From Eledone cirrhosa (taxonomy: Eukaryota): a stretch of 64,000 bases of DNA. Of the stretch, positions 13,295-31,946 are shown one piece after another. The stretch covers positions 42,036,001 through 42,100,000 of the forward strand of contig OZ024740.1 of the NCBI GenBank assembly GCA_964016885.1, given 5' to 3'. The position numbers were made by a program, and so were the translations under genes. The first letter of the stretch is position 1. Each line of letters starts with the position of its first letter. The notes beneath the pieces were generated by a model, which was not told where the DNA came from, did not search any database, and saw only the letters and a program-made list of their open reading frames with translations.

Positions 13295-13412
13295 ATGCGA
13301 GAAAAACAACAAACCCTCCATCTCAATTCTACTTGGAAACCGATAAAGGAAACAAATAAATATTTTTAAAAAGACTCCAGTTGCATTTTCGATTTCACCT
13401 TTTTTCCTTATA
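13292..13412 (+). mobile_element. Degenerate pLTR fragment of the 16974 family
   Basis: ccctccatctcaa...gactccagttgcattttcgatttca shared; HHR partly deleted. Confidence 0.65.
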
Positions 13413-13418
13413 TATATT

Positions 13419-14089
<671 letters not shown>

Positions 14090-14267
14090 GTATATATATA
14101 TATGTATATATATATATATGTATATATATATGTATATATATGTAGGAGGTGAGTTTTATTGTAGTACAATAAAGCAATGCAGATATCGGATAAGAAGCAC
14201 TCTACAGTTTGTAGGACTGGAGTATACATAATATATAAGATCAAAAGATGGTTAAATGAGTTCCATG

Positions 14268-14338
14268 TATTTTATTATGCGCATTTCAAAAACAAATATC
14301 ATCATGCAATAACATTTGTGTTTTCATCAGATAAAATA
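14268..14338 (-). ncRNA. Hammerhead ribozyme (inverted pLTR copy)
   Basis: Reverse complement of 16678-16747. Confidence 0.82.
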
Positions 14339-14846
14339 GCAGGACATGATATGAAGGTTAAAAACACAAGTAGTTTTAGATTGATGTGTGATATTGGCGA
14401 ACATTTTTTCAGGGGGGGGGGGGGAAAGGATGAAAAAGAGGAGGAGATGAGAGTAAAAAGTGGAGGGGGAGGAGTATAATGAGGAAGGATGAGATAGGAG
14501 GAGGCGTGGCTGATAGAGAGAGAGAGATAGCTTTTATAACTGAGAAAAATATATTGTTTTACATAGAGAGGTTGAAAAACCGTTGGAAGATAATGTATAA
14601 ATTAAAAGAATTTGAAAATTAACGAAGAGAAAAATAATGTAAAGTTAAGGTTATGTAAAGTTAAGGTTTGTATATTGAAGGGTTTAATAATATGTGCGAT
14701 GAAAAGAAATTGTTAATATGTATTAAGAATAATATTTAAGGGTTTAATAATATGTGCGATGGAAAGAAAATGTTAATATGTATTAAGAATAATTTTAGGG
14801 TTTAATAATATGTGCGATGGAAAGAAAATGTTTATATGTATTATTA

Positions 14847-15739
14847 AAAAAAAAAGACCTAGATACAAAAACATAATCTGGTATAATGCTCCTTTCTCCA
14901 TCTCTATTAATAATAATATTCCTAAATTATTCTTTAGTGCCTTAAATAAATGCTTCCCTCCCTCACATATCTATAGTAAAATATTTAACAAACACACTAT
15001 AAAATTTTCCTATTTGACATCCTCCAACATTTCCAACATTATCTCTAAACACAACAATAAAATACTAAATACTAAATCTCTTCCTTCCAACACTGAATAT
15101 CATAATAATAGTAATAGTACTCCCGACGTCATTGTAAACCCTAGGCTAATTTCTGCAAACCCAAATACAACGTCAAACACAACTTCGCTAAATGTTCTTA
15201 ATCCCATTCTAAATCAAGAAACTATTATTCCTATCGCAAATAACTTCTCCAATCCAATTCCTTCTATAGATAACACTGGGTCACTCGTTAATAATCTCTT
15301 TAATTGCAATTGCAATTGCCCTGCTAAAAATAAATGTCCTCTCAACAACCATTGTGTTGATAAAAACTTAATTTACGAATGTAAAGTTATAACTGACACC
15401 AATTCCTTCACATATTTTGGCTCCACTTCAACCTCCTTTAAAGCTCGTCTTTATAATCATCATTCGTCTTTTAAATATAAACTTAAAAGAACCAACACGG
15501 CTCTCTCAGAACTCATATGGTCCTTGAAAGACAAAAATATTAAATATAACATCTCTTGGAAGAAGGTTTCCTCTGTTTCCTCATACTTGAACAGTTCTCT
15601 ATCCAAGTCTTGCAATCTCTGTCTGAATGAAAAATTTACCATTATATCTAATTTAGATTCTATAATAAATATACGCACTGACTTGTTTTCTATCTGCTTG
15701 CATAAATTCCACAGAACTTTCCATAAAGTATACAGCTAA
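14847..15739 (+). pseudogene. PLE RT thumb/linker + GIY-YIG endonuclease (5'-truncated, open frame)
   Basis: IIWYNAPFS...FP..H.YSKIFN..TIK.SY; CNC...CPL...C...LIYEC...YFGST...FKARLYNH; CNLCLNEK. Confidence 0.88.
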
Positions 15740-16677
15740 TATCCTAAACTTTATCAATTCAGAATCCTTTTCTCAAAGGCACATATATATATATATATAC
15801 TTCTTTAAAAATATACCCATCTTTCTACCTTATTTCAAAGTTATTTATCATATTCTATATCATTCATATTCATCACTTCTCTTTCTTCCTTTTCCTTTTC
15901 TTTTCTTTTGCTTTTTCTTTTAATTTCTAACCCCTAATCTGTACCTTTTCTCACTGTGCCTAACATAGAAACAATTATTACACATACACTATATTCTTAC
16001 TTTATATCACCTTGAAAAAATCCTTCGTAAACATTAACATTTTTTTTGACGTTAGATTATTCATCCTCTATTCATTATTTTTTTCTCACTTTCATCTAAA
16101 TTATTCATGCTCATCTCACAATATATCCTTACTTACATTACTTCTGTGTTTTTTTAATAATACATATCAATATTTTCTTTCCATCGCACATATTATTAAA
16201 CCCTTAAAATTATTCTTAATACTTATTAACATTTTCTTTCCATCGCACATATTATTAAACCCTTAAATATTATTCTTAATACATATTAACAATTTCTTTT
16301 CATCGCACATATTATTAAACCCTTCAATATACAAACCTTAAATTTACATTATTTTTCTCTTCGTAAATTTTCAAATTCTTTTAATTCATACATTATCTTC
16401 CAACGGTTTTTCAACTTCTCTATGTAAAACAATATATTTTTCTCAGTTATAAAAGCTATCTCTCTCTCTCTATCAGCCATCTCTCCTCCTATCTCATCCT
16501 TCCTCATTATACTCCTCCCCCTCCACTTTTTACTCTCATCTCCTCCTCTTTTTCATCACCCCCACCTCAACATTTTTTTTCTCCCCAATATCACACATCA
16601 ATCTAGAACTACTTTTCATATGTTGATTTAAAACTGCACTATCCACAAGTGTTTTTAACCTTCATGTCATGTCCTGC

Positions 16678-16747
16678 TATTTTATCTGATGAAACACAAA
16701 TGTTATTGCATGATGATATTTGTTTTTGAAATGCGCATAATAAAATA
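16678..16747 (+). ncRNA. Hammerhead ribozyme
   Basis: tattttat-CTGATGA-long stem II-GAAA-tgcgca-ta-ataaaata; 8-bp stem I, palindromic ATGCGCAT, AUA triplet (predicted cut after 16739). Confidence 0.87.
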
Positions 16748-16848
16748 CATGGAACTCATTTAACCATCTTTTGATCTTATATATTATATGTATATATATA
16801 TATGTATATATATATATGTATATATATATATATGTATATATATATATG

Positions 16849-16897
<49 letters not shown>

Positions 16898-16920
16898 GTA
16901 TATATATGTATATATATATG

Positions 16921-16960
<40 letters not shown>

Positions 16961-16973
16961 GTATATATATATA

Positions 16974-17332
16974 TTAGAAAGTGAGGTTTTTTTTACAAAA
17001 TGAAAAATAACCGAGGTGTCCTACACGAGTGGAAGTATAAAGAAAAAGGGATGAAATCGAAAATGCAACTGAAGTCTTATTTTTTAAAAATATATATATT
17101 TATTTGGTTCCTTTACCGGTTTCGCAGTTCTTCTGCTTTTCAATAAGGTGAGTTGAGATGGAGGGTCTGGGGCTTTTCTCACATCTGATGTGAGAAAAAC
17201 CTCAGACCCTCTATCTCAACTCACCGTTTGAAAAGCAGAAGAACTGCGAACCGGTAAAGGAACCAAAATAGATATATATATTTTTAAAAAATAAGACTTC
17301 AGTTGCATTTTCGATTCATCCCTTTTTCTTTA
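16974..17332. mobile_element. Fold-back pLTR element (symmetry centre ~17186) with variant HHR in each arm
   Basis: ~150 bp inverted arms in (TA)n; family recurs at 13292, 25975 and 27811. Confidence 0.8.
17110..17148 (-). ncRNA. Variant minimal hammerhead (core UUGAAAA)
   Basis: cctt(a)-TTGAAAA-gcag.aagaa.ctgc-GAAA-ccgg-ta-aagg; further copies at 17224-17260 (+), 26084-26121 (+) and 27948-27985 (-). Confidence 0.7.
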
Positions 17333-20487
<3,155 letters not shown>

Positions 20488-20737
20488 GCGGCGATGAATT
20501 AGTTTTGCGAGGTTTTTTATATGAAATCGTGTGTCGAAACAGATATTGTTATATTTGGGGAGGGTCATATTTGCGTAATATTGCCAGAATTAATAACAGA
20601 ACACACTCACTGTTTGGTTGGTTTTCGCTTCTCGCTGTCTTTTATATATATATATCTGCGATCTAACTTACTCGGTCCTCAATGTTGCCATTGACTGACC
20701 GGCGGTCAAAAATAATACAGATACAATATAGACAAAC

Positions 20738-20808
20738 ACATATATATATAGTTTACATAATTTACATAAATCTTTCGTTGCACATCTGCAACATCGTCAG
20801 TGGTGTTA
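20738..20808 (-). ncRNA. Hammerhead-like motif in pLTR
   Basis: CTGACGA-t-gttgca.gatg.tgcaac-GAAA, long stem III, CUA triplet; stem I poorly paired (TA run follows the triplet). Confidence 0.55.
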
Positions 20809-21072
20809 TATTCATTGTTCCTCCTGTTGTGTTGTATGTCTACGCCATTTTTTTTGTTCAGTCTGTCTATATATTTATTTATTTATTTGCTTGTTTGTTT
20901 ATCTTATTTTATTTTGTCTTCTTTGCGCATGCGTTTGCGTGTGTGTATAGTGTTATGTGTGATGTGTGACTAGTGTGTATAGTGTTGTGTCTGCTGGGTG
21001 ACTAGTGTGTGTTTATGTGCTTGTGTATGTATTTATTTATCTTATTTTATTTAATTTAATTTACTTATTTAT

Positions 21073-24000
21073 TTATACTTCTCTTAGGTCAGTGTTGTTT
21101 GTTTGGGTGTTGTTGTTGTTCCACTCATTCTTTCTGTTTAGCTTTGGTCTTCTAATTTCTATTTCACTGGCCTCTCTGATTTGCCTATCTGCTGGGTCAT
21201 TCCTATGTTTAGATATTATTCTAATTTCTATGTTGTCTATGTTACCGTCATGTTGTTGTCTAGCATGTTCGTATAGTACTGACCCGTTTTTTCGTCCTTT
21301 TAGTTCCCCCCAGTGTTGGTCTATCCTTTCACCTATGCTACGAGCTGTCTCACCTATGTATGTTGTTGTCGTGTTTCTGCAAGTACCCTCTGTACATCTT
21401 ATGCTATAGACTACGTTTCTAGTTTTACAGTTTATCCGGGGGTTCACCTTACATATGATACATTTCCTATTGGTACAGTGGGTTTTTTTAAAAGGGTAGG
21501 TTTTGCTGATCAGGGATTTTATGGTGGTTCCTGGCTTTTCTACCACCTTTATTTTTAAGTGGGTCTTTCTCAGGGCCTTTCTACACTGGTTAGCTAATTT
21601 CCCTCCAGGGGTGGCGTCCACAAACATGACACTCTGATATCTCTGGTTGTCGTACCATGATGTGGCCTTCCCTATCTTATGTCTAGCCCTATCTAAGCTA
21701 TTCCATGATTTGCTCCTGTATAGTGGGCAAATTCCTTTCATGTCCAGTTCTATGAGGGTCTTATACTTTTCCATGGCTCCTTCGTATACTCTGACTCTGT
21801 CTCTTTGGTTGTAGCCAGAGAACTGCATGCGGTTGATGAAGTGTTGGATGTGTCCTTCCATTTCTGTTGGGTCGCACATGCTGGACACATTCTTCATCAC
21901 TCGTACCAAATCTGCGATCAGAATATTAAACTTAGCAGTACTGGACATTGCTGAGTTTTGAGTATCAGGTATTTGGAGGCCATGGGTTTAGCATAGTGTG
22001 AGTGGAGAATTTGGGCTCTCTCGTCTATAGTGTTAATCCAGAGTTCTGTGTCTAATACAGGTAGTCTATTGTTAGGGTGTTTGGAAGGGAAGTCTATAGT
22101 TACAGTTATACTCTGGTGTATGGAATTAGCTATCTGCTGGATGCTTTCCATCGTGCTACGTTCTAAATCAAACTTGTTAGTGCTCTCTAGTGGGGGTGTT
22201 CTTATAACTATATTGATATCGTCTACATAACGAGAGTACATGATGAGGTCTATGGAGCTTTCATTAAGGAGATCTTTAAGTCTCCTTTCCCACCATACCA
22301 TGAAAAGGTTGGCAACATCACCAGCTATGCTGACGCCGATGGCTGCTCCCTCATTTTGGGTGTAGATTTTCTCATTGAACTTAAATATGTGGCCCTTTAG
22401 GGTAGTTTTGATACTAGCCCCTATTGCATGTGCGACCATTTTTCTTACCTGATCAGTGTTTTGGGGGGTCCGTATAGCTTTGGTCCACCCAATCCACCTT
22501 CCTATGGGAGTCTTTTTAGCCATTGAGGTTATGGTGGGGGGTCTACCTCTTATAGGTCTACTAGGGCAGAAACATCTAAGGTCATGGCTGTCTAGGTAGT
22601 CAGTGTCGTAGGTAAGTCTAAGTAGGAGGCCCAGTTCGTCTGTGTCGACGTCGCAGAACTCCACCTCACTCTCAATGATCATCTCCACACATCTTTTCAC
22701 AGCAAAATCAATGTTAATGGATGGGTACAGTGACACCACATCCATGCTGCCTATTATGCAGTTGGATAGGCTCCTGTTTTTGTTGCACTCACTGATTCTG
22801 CTGAGGAGGTCCTCTGTACTTTCACATACATCTGGGGACATCTTGATTATGGGGCGTATAACCATTGAGAGGAAGTAGGAGATCCTGTAGTTGCTAGCTA
22901 TATTAGCTCCGCATACGGGTCTTGTTGGTGGTCCTGTTGTCGGGTCGTCGACTGTCTTGTGGTCTTTGCGGAGCCCATACAAGGGTGGTATGCCATTGTT
23001 AGACGCCTGGAAGTTGTTGGCAGTGCGTCTGCTTGGCTTTAGTCCACATCATCATGTGAGCGTTGAGGATTTTTTCTCTCCCATCGTGTGTTAGTTGTGC
23101 AACTTCGCTCGTGTTGGTGATGTGGGGTTGCATTGCCTCGATGTAGTTCGGCATGCTATCTATTGACATCCTACCAGACTTATCTGTGGGTAGACACACT
23201 ACCTCACCATCCCTTGTGCGCTGCTTGAGGCTAACCAAGCCTTCTACAGGTTTTATCCCAAGTTGTTGGGCCTCTGGTCTGCTCTGTCTCATAGTGTACC
23301 TGTCTACTACTTGTCTAATCTTATTTCTAGCTATGGTGAACTGTGCCTCCGTCTCGTCATCTATTTGCTGTGGTATGCAAACTCTTTTATTAAAGGGTAA
23401 CCTCGTAGGATAGATATTACCCATCTTATATGTTTTGTCAGCTGGGTTGAAAATAGTTTCTCTAAGGGGTTGTCGTTATTTCTATCGTCATAGTTGTGTG
23501 TGTTGCTATTATTGTTATCATGGTGGTTGTTGTTGTTTCTATCATTAGCATTAATATTATTATTGTTATGATTGCTAGATGTATTGTTGTTTACTTCACC
23601 GTTATTGTTGTTGTTGTTACTGCTATTTCTACCATTGTGGTTGTTACTATTATTATGTTTCTTGTTTTTGTTGATGTTGCTACATGTACTATTTCCATTA
23701 TTACCACTGTGGTTATTGTTGTTGTTGTTGTTCGTATTGTTACCGTTATTACTACTGTGGTCACTGTTGCTGTGTCTGTGGTTAACGTTTCTATTATTAT
23801 TATTATTGTGGTTGTTGTTGTTCTGTCTATCGCTAGTATTATTACCATTATCACTATTTCTCACTTTCCTGCCATTGTTATGGTTATGGCTGTTATTTCT
23901 ATACCCAGAGTTATTGTTTATATTACTACTACCGTTATTATTGTTGTTGTTGTTTACCTTTGCATTCCAACGTATTTTTGTGAAACACTTTTCCAGCTCC

Positions 24001-24430
24001 GTTTTGCATTCCATAGGGTTAATCTTTTTGTAGATGGCAAATTTTGGTGGTAACTTTAGGATTTGTTGTTCTTGTTCACTGATTAAAGTGTTCCCATAGA
24101 TATTTACTGTGTGGTCATTGGTAAATTCTTCCGGTAGTTTTACATCACTCATACGGATGTTGTCGATGTTATCTGGGTATTTTTGAGAATATTCGATTTT
24201 CCTTTCTTGTAGTTTTTTCTTATTCATCCATTCTAATTTCTTCTTGAAATGCCTACAGCATTCGTTTTGAGCATATTTCGTTTCGCGTCGGATGACGCTC
24301 ATGAAGTCATCTCTCTCGTTTGCTGTGATGAGATTTCGGATTTCCTTACCGTTGATGCGTTTTTGTCTGTAGAGTGCGTTGACTTTTGTGTATGTTGTTC
24401 TTTTCATATTAACTGTTATTGTGTGTTTTA
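21073..24430 (-). pseudogene. PLE RT + GIY-YIG polyprotein broken by three frameshifts, with an Asn-rich tract
   Basis: ILKLPPKFA, PTDKSGR, YGLRKDHK, TRPVCG, GSMDVVSLYPSI, Q.EG..IG, RYVDD, LPVLD, C..C...CKTRNVVY..C...YIGETARS..ER...H. Confidence 0.92.
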
Positions 24431-24974
24431 GCCGACAGCTCGTAGCATAGGTGAAAGGATAGACCAACACTGGGGGGAACTAAAAGGACGAAAAAACGGG
24501 TCAGTACTATACGAACATGCTAGACAACAACATGACGGTAACATAGACAACATAGAAATTAGAATAATATCTAAACATAGGAATGACCCAGCAGATAGGC
24601 AAATCAGAGAGGCCAGTGAAATAGAAATTAGAAGACCAAAGCTAAACAGAAAGAATGAGTGGAACAACAACAACACCCAAACAAACAACACTGACCTAAG
24701 AGAAGTATAAATAAATAAGTAAATTAAATTAAATAAAATAAGATAAATAAATACATACACAAGCACATAAACACACACTAGTCACCCAGCAGACACAACA
24801 CTATACACACTAGTCACACATCACACATAACACTATACACACACGCAAACGCATGCGCAAAGAAGACAAAATAAAATAAGATAAACAAACAAGCAAATAA
24901 ATAAATAAATATATAGACAGACTGAACAAAAAAATGGCGTAGACATACAACACAACAGGAGGAACAATGAATAT

Positions 24975-25045
24975 AACACCACTGACGATGTTGCAGATGT
25001 GCAACGAAAGATTTATGTAAATTATGTAAACTATATATATATGTG
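24975..25045 (+). ncRNA. Hammerhead-like motif (inverted pLTR copy)
   Basis: CTGACGA at 24982-24988, GAAA at 25006-25009. Confidence 0.55.
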
Positions 25046-25238
25046 TTTGTCTATATTGTATCTGTATTATTTTTGACCGCCGGTCAGTCAATGGCAACAT
25101 TGAGGACCGAGTAAGTTAGATCGCAGATATATATATATAAAAGACAGCGAGAAGCGAAAACCAACCAAACAGTGAGTGTGTTCTGTTATTAATTCTGGCA
25201 ATATTACGCAAATATGACCCTCCCCAAATATAACAATA

Positions 25239-25274
<36 letters not shown>

Positions 25275-25281
25275 AATATAC

Positions 25282-25368
<87 letters not shown>

Positions 25369-25405
25369 CTCATATATATATATATATATAGATATATATA
25401 TATGC

Positions 25406-25436
<31 letters not shown>

Positions 25437-25582
25437 CACATATATATATATATACATATATATATATACATATATATATATACATATATATATATACATA
25501 TATATATATACATATATATATACATATATATACATATATATATACATATATATATATACATATATACATATACATATATATG

Positions 25583-25613
<31 letters not shown>

Positions 25614-25638
25614 GTATATATATATGTATATATATATG

Positions 25639-25672
<34 letters not shown>

Positions 25673-25680
25673 CATATATG

Positions 25681-25836
<156 letters not shown>

Positions 25837-25867
25837 GTATATATATATATATGTATATATATATATG

Positions 25868-25916
<49 letters not shown>

Positions 25917-25933
25917 GTATATATATATATATG

Positions 25934-25974
<41 letters not shown>

Positions 25975-25984
<10 letters not shown>

Positions 25985-26189
25985 GACGTTTTTTTTTTTT
26001 TTTTTTTTTACAAAATGAAAAATAACCGAGGTGTCCTACACGAGTGAAAGTAAAAAAACCCACAGACCCTCCATCTCAACTCACCCTTTGAAATGCAGAA
26101 GAACTGCGAAACCGGTAAAGGAACCAAATAAATATATATATATTTTTTAAAAATAGACTCCAGTTGCATTTTCGATTTCATCTCTTTTT

Positions 26190-26195
<6 letters not shown>
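25975..26195. mobile_element. Inverted pLTR mini-element of the 16974 family
   Basis: Short minus-orientation end joined to a plus-orientation HHR-bearing end; (TA)n flanks. Confidence 0.75.
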
Positions 26196-26241
<46 letters not shown>

Positions 26242-26875
26242 TATATATATATGTATATATATGTTGTGTGTGTGTGTGCCCGTGAAGTATGTAAGATGTA
26301 CTTAACTTCTAATGTAGGTGTAATACGGCTGATTTCTTCCAGAGAGAGAATGAAAACGGAACCAAGTGCTAGACTGCTGCTTTATTTGTCGACAACCAAA
26401 TTCTGAGGGAGTTGAACACTTGAAATCAGAGCGTCGTGTACTGGAACAACACACCGAGATATTGTTGCTTCGTCATCCTATATATATATATATATATATA
26501 TATGAAAAGATTCAGGACACCACATATATGTGTGCGTGTGTGTGTGTGAAGATGGGAATATATATATACATGTTATCTTTTCTTTCTAATATTAATGATT
26601 TTAACTCTTTCTATACAGAAACTAGTTTCCGGACAAAACAAGTGGTAGTAAGTTAGATAGCAACATTGGTGAGGGGTTAATTTCTAAGATTTATAAAAGT
26701 TTTCCAAGTATATATATATATTATCACCATTGCTCCTTGTAATCGTGATCTCTGAAGCATAACATTCTTTTCACTCCCGATTCTCTACATGATGTCTAGG
26801 ACACTGACAACAGTTATGTATCTTGCTAAATGTTATGAAGACTTGGATTTTAATCACCTGTTTAGAAATTCCCTA

Positions 26876-26922
26876 TGCTCCGATGATTCCAAACATCCCT
26901 CTGGAAGAAACAATTGTCAGCA
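26876..26922 (+). ncRNA. Minimal hammerhead (core CCGAUGA) in pLTR remnant ~26720-26966
   Basis: tgct-CCGATGA-ttcca...tggaa-GAAA-caattg-tc-agca, followed by aataaa; GUC triplet. Confidence 0.7.
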
Positions 26923-26963
26923 AATAAATGTATTAAATTAAGATTTGATTGTTTTAACACTTG

Positions 26964-27010
<47 letters not shown>

Positions 27011-27011
<1 letters not shown>

Positions 27012-27798
27012 AGGGTGCGGACGATATTTGAGGACAGATTTATGTTTAAAAAACGCTTAGATAATAGCAACATTCATCCTAAGGCCTTGTGGAAAAAAGT
27101 GAGGAGGCATCACATATCCTTCATTGCTAACAACACCCAAAACCATGACACATGCAGGAAATTTTGTGTGCATTACTCTTGGAACCTCAGAAGGGTTTGC
27201 ACATAGCCACCTGTCATTTCTTCTGTTAGTTTTATGGTCCTGGTAAAAGTTTTTCTCATCTGAGTAAAACCAAATCACATCATCTTCTGATGGATTTTTA
27301 AGTTTGTTTAAAAGTCTTTTGGATCTGATTAAACGCTTTTCTTTTCTTTTTTCTGACATGAATTGACCTCTCCTCATCACGTAACATTTGTATCTGATGT
27401 CTTCATGCACAACATTTCTGATTGTTTTTCTGACACACCAACATTTTTTGCAACTGACCTCATTGATTTTCCTCTGTCATCAATGTTTTGCTTAACTTCC
27501 TGAATAAATTCAGGTGTCCTGATAGAATCAGAGAGTTTGGAATGTTTTGATACAGGTAATATGCTTCCATCTTTCTCTAACTCACACCGAATCTTGTGGA
27601 CAAAAAATCTTGCAACTTTCAGAAAACGAGAAATTTCTAAATCCTCATGCTTCGCTTTCAAAGCCTCAGCATGCCTTTTCATTTCATTAGTAAGCATAGT
27701 TATTTTCATTGTTATTTTCTGAAATGGAAGTTTAATAAAAATTAGTCATATAAAATAATGACTAAAAATATATGTGTCCTCAAATACCGTTCGCACCA
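27011..27798 (-). mobile_element. Internally deleted Tc1/mariner (maT/DD37D-like) DNA transposon
   Basis: Imperfect ~28 bp TIRs (cagggtgcggacgatatttgaggaca / tgtcctcaaataccgttcgcacca); frameshifted transposase with WFYSDEKNF...TKFPACVMVLGVVSNEG..MPPHFF. Confidence 0.85.
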
Positions 27799-27810
27799 TA
27801 TATATATATA

Positions 27811-28098
27811 TTAGAAAGTGTTTTTTTTTTTACAAAGTGAAAAATAACCGAGGTGTTCTACACGAGTGAAAGTATAAAGAAAAATAGATGAAATCGAAAA
27901 TGCAACTGGAGTCTTATTTTTTAAAAAATATATATATTTATTTGGTTCCTTTACCGGTTTCACAGTTCTTCTGCTTTTCAAAAGTAGAGTTGAGATGGAG
28001 GGTCTGTGGTTTTTCTCACATGTGAACCAAATAAATATATATATTTAAAAAAAATAAGACTCCAGTTGCATTTTCGATTTCATCTTTTTTTCTTTATA
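27811..28098. mobile_element. Inverted pLTR mini-element of the 16974 family
   Basis: Long minus arm with HHR (27948-27985) and short plus arm from ~28024. Confidence 0.78.
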
Positions 28099-28126
28099 TA
28101 TATATATAGTCTCTAAAGTCTATCTC

Positions 28127-28325
28127 AAACCATGAGGCTCGTCATGCGCGTACTTATTCTGGTTTCATGGCGAGAAGCAACTAAGAGTACAAGACTCCCC
28201 CCACACCACTGAACAGAACGCCAGTCCATTGCAAAGTTAAATCCCCACCAGTTATTGCCGGTACTCAATTTCAGCCGAATATACTGGAGCAACGTGAAAT
28301 GAAGTTCTTTTCAAAAACTCAACAC
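28127..28325 (-). mobile_element. Diverged 5'-truncated SINE (CORE/V-like body, from recall)
   Basis: Minus strand cttcatttcacgttgctccagt...gagtaccggc...gcaatggactggcgt...gaaacc. Confidence 0.5.
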
Positions 28326-28449
28326 AAACCAACCAGGAATAGTTTCCAACAAAGAAATTTCGAAGTTAGATAACAACAACGGCGAGGGGTTACTTACTGA
28401 GATTTACACACGTTTTCCAAGTATATATATATATATATCTATATATATA

Positions 28450-28653
28450 CGAAAAGAGTCAGGACCCCGACGGCTGAGCTTCGGCCGTTTCGACAGCTAG
28501 ATCCGAACTAAACCATCGGATCTAGCTGTCGAAACGGCCGGAGCTCAGCCGTCGGGGTCCAGACTCTTTTCATATTACCCACTCTACTACCATAAGTATC
28601 GGGTACTCTGGTGCGTCATGGTCCATCTGGTATCTTACCACACCTTCTTTGTT
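28450..28653. mobile_element. Fold-back pLTR mini-element (near-perfect palindrome 28451-28571) carrying the 3' half of an HHR
   Basis: gtcGAAAcggccggagctcagccGTCggggtc; downstream sequence is homologous to the reverse complement of 62957-63050. Confidence 0.8.
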
Positions 28654-29121
28654 ATATATATATATAATATATATATAATATATATATAATATATATATAT
28701 ATCTTTATATATGTATGTATATACATATATATATTTTTTTATTATTATTCTGTAATTGTATATATATATATGGATTTGTGTGTCCGAAACGTTGAACAAT
28801 TTTCTCCTAGCGTAAACCTAATATAACTGTGTATTTATGCATTCCTGTGTTTGTCTTGTCCCCCCCCCCCACACACATACATATATATATATATTACTCC
28901 GTTTTTCCAACCTCCTCTCTCTCCGAACTTTGCTCTTTCCCGGGAAACGTCCGATACGTCGAAACATTTCTTTATTTACTTCTTTATCTTCATTCCCAAG
29001 CGTGAAACCAATACGAATTTCTATTTTTGCTTCTCTTTGTCTTGTTTATTCTCGAATTATGTATACACACTTACAAATATATACATATACACATACATAT
29101 GTACATATGTATGTGAAGACA

Positions 29122-29352
29122 CTTGCTTAAGTGTTTATTGTGTTCGGCTAATGATCGTTAGGTCGTGAGCTTCATTCCCGTCGGCACATTTCCCACTTCA
29201 TTTCCCATTACTTCAGTCAACTCAGCTGGCAAAAATTAGTTGTACTTGTAATTCGAAGGCTCAGCCATGTCACACTCTGTGGAATGCTCAGTCACTTGCA
29301 CGTTAATTTCACGAGCAAACTGTTCTGTTGATCGTATCAACTGGAACATTCA
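29122..29352 (+). mobile_element. Diverged tRNA-derived SINE (second family)
   Basis: Decayed A/B boxes (tgcttaagtgtt; gcttcattccc) and cacttcattt...cagtcaactcagctg body shared with the 28127 copy. Confidence 0.5.
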
Positions 29353-29355
29353 TAT

Positions 29356-30566
<1,211 letters not shown>

Positions 30567-30770
30567 GACCCCTTAGCCTTTGTCAAGGCAGAATTCTAGG
30601 AGAAGGAAAACTCTGATATAACTCTGCAACCCTGATGGTATCCAATGATGTTGACTTGTTCTTCTTTTTGGTAAATATCATCTTGGTTAAGAGAGTGGGA
30701 CTGGCTTTGTCAAGATAAATTAATAAAATAATGAATAAACAAAGAAACAGTTCCTTATATTTAAAAAATT

Positions 30771-30910
30771 CAACATTTTACGATCGTTTCTAGGATATAT
30801 ATGTGTTAGAGTTGGTATGCATATTCTATAGATCTATGTACAATATTTATACAAACTATCAGAGGGAATATACATACCTACACATATATATGCTGTCTTC
30901 AGAAATAATG
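30771..30910 (-). ncRNA. Hammerhead ribozyme with ~105 nt stem II insertion
   Basis: cattattt-CTGAAGA-[extended hairpin including ggtatgtatattc/gaatatgcatacc]-GAAA-cgatcg-ta-aaatgttg. Confidence 0.7.
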
Positions 30911-31715
30911 ATATTTGTTTATTGAAAAAAACAAAGATTCAATACAATAGGTCTGTTTGGGAACAGGTTTTGAATTGACCAATAGAGAGATAGTGAGGGT
31001 CAGGATAGTAATATAGTAGTAGAAGAACCTTAAATTATGGGTAGAGGAAGGTAGATTTCAGTTTTGGATGGAAAAGAATATTATGAATGAAGGATTATTT
31101 TAGGGAAGAATTAGGTCTTATGCTGACCTCAGAAATAATTTTATTTTTTCATTGAATAAAACCAACAAAGATCTGTCTGTTTGGTAAGAGGTTTAGAATT
31201 AACCAATAGAAGGTTAATAATTGGCCAAATGGTAAAATAGTAGTAATTGAAGCTTATTTTAGGTGTGAAAATAGGTCAGGTGGTCAGTAAAAGGTATACA
31301 AGCAGTTGCTGTTATAAAATAGTAATGCCAATACAAATATCTAAGGTGACTAAAGTTTGAAGATAAGAATGTTAGTGAAAAAAATACATCTATGAAAAGA
31401 ATATAAATTAATTTAATTGATGGGTATATTTATATTGATAAAATTATACTAATACATATAGATATGATAAATAAGAGTTAGATGCAGTTGAAAAGTGCTG
31501 TTAAAGATGAGGGGAAATTAAAAGAATATAAAAATAATAATATATATATATATATATACTTATACATATATATATATATACATATATATACACATACACA
31601 CACATATATATATATATACATATATATACACTTATATATATACATATATATACATATATAAACACATACACACACACACATACACACATATATACATATA
31701 CATATACATATATAT

Positions 31716-31756
<41 letters not shown>

Positions 31757-31946
31757 GATATATACATGCACATATACATACATACACATACATATACACA
31801 CACATATACACTTATATATACATATAATTATTGGGGGGGGGGGATTAAATTTATTAGTGAGAAATAGTAAATATATATAGTTTTCAAGGAACATAGAGTC
31901 ATAACCTGAAGTTAAAGCATTATATATATTTACTTAATGGTATCAG

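Larger units (their letters stand above)
14143..16790 (+). mobile_element. 5'-truncated Naiad-type PLE with inverted pLTR (~14223-14852 is the reverse complement of ~16149-16790)
   Basis: Inverted arms, each with three ~59 bp tandem repeats and an HHR; junction falls in an A-run. Confidence 0.9.
20488..25238 (-). mobile_element. Near-full-length PLE (Nematis-like, inferred) with inverted pLTR (20543-21349 is the reverse complement of 24434-25238)
   Basis: ~800 bp almost identical inverted arms flanking an RT/GIY-YIG ORF; (TA)n flanks. Confidence 0.9.
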
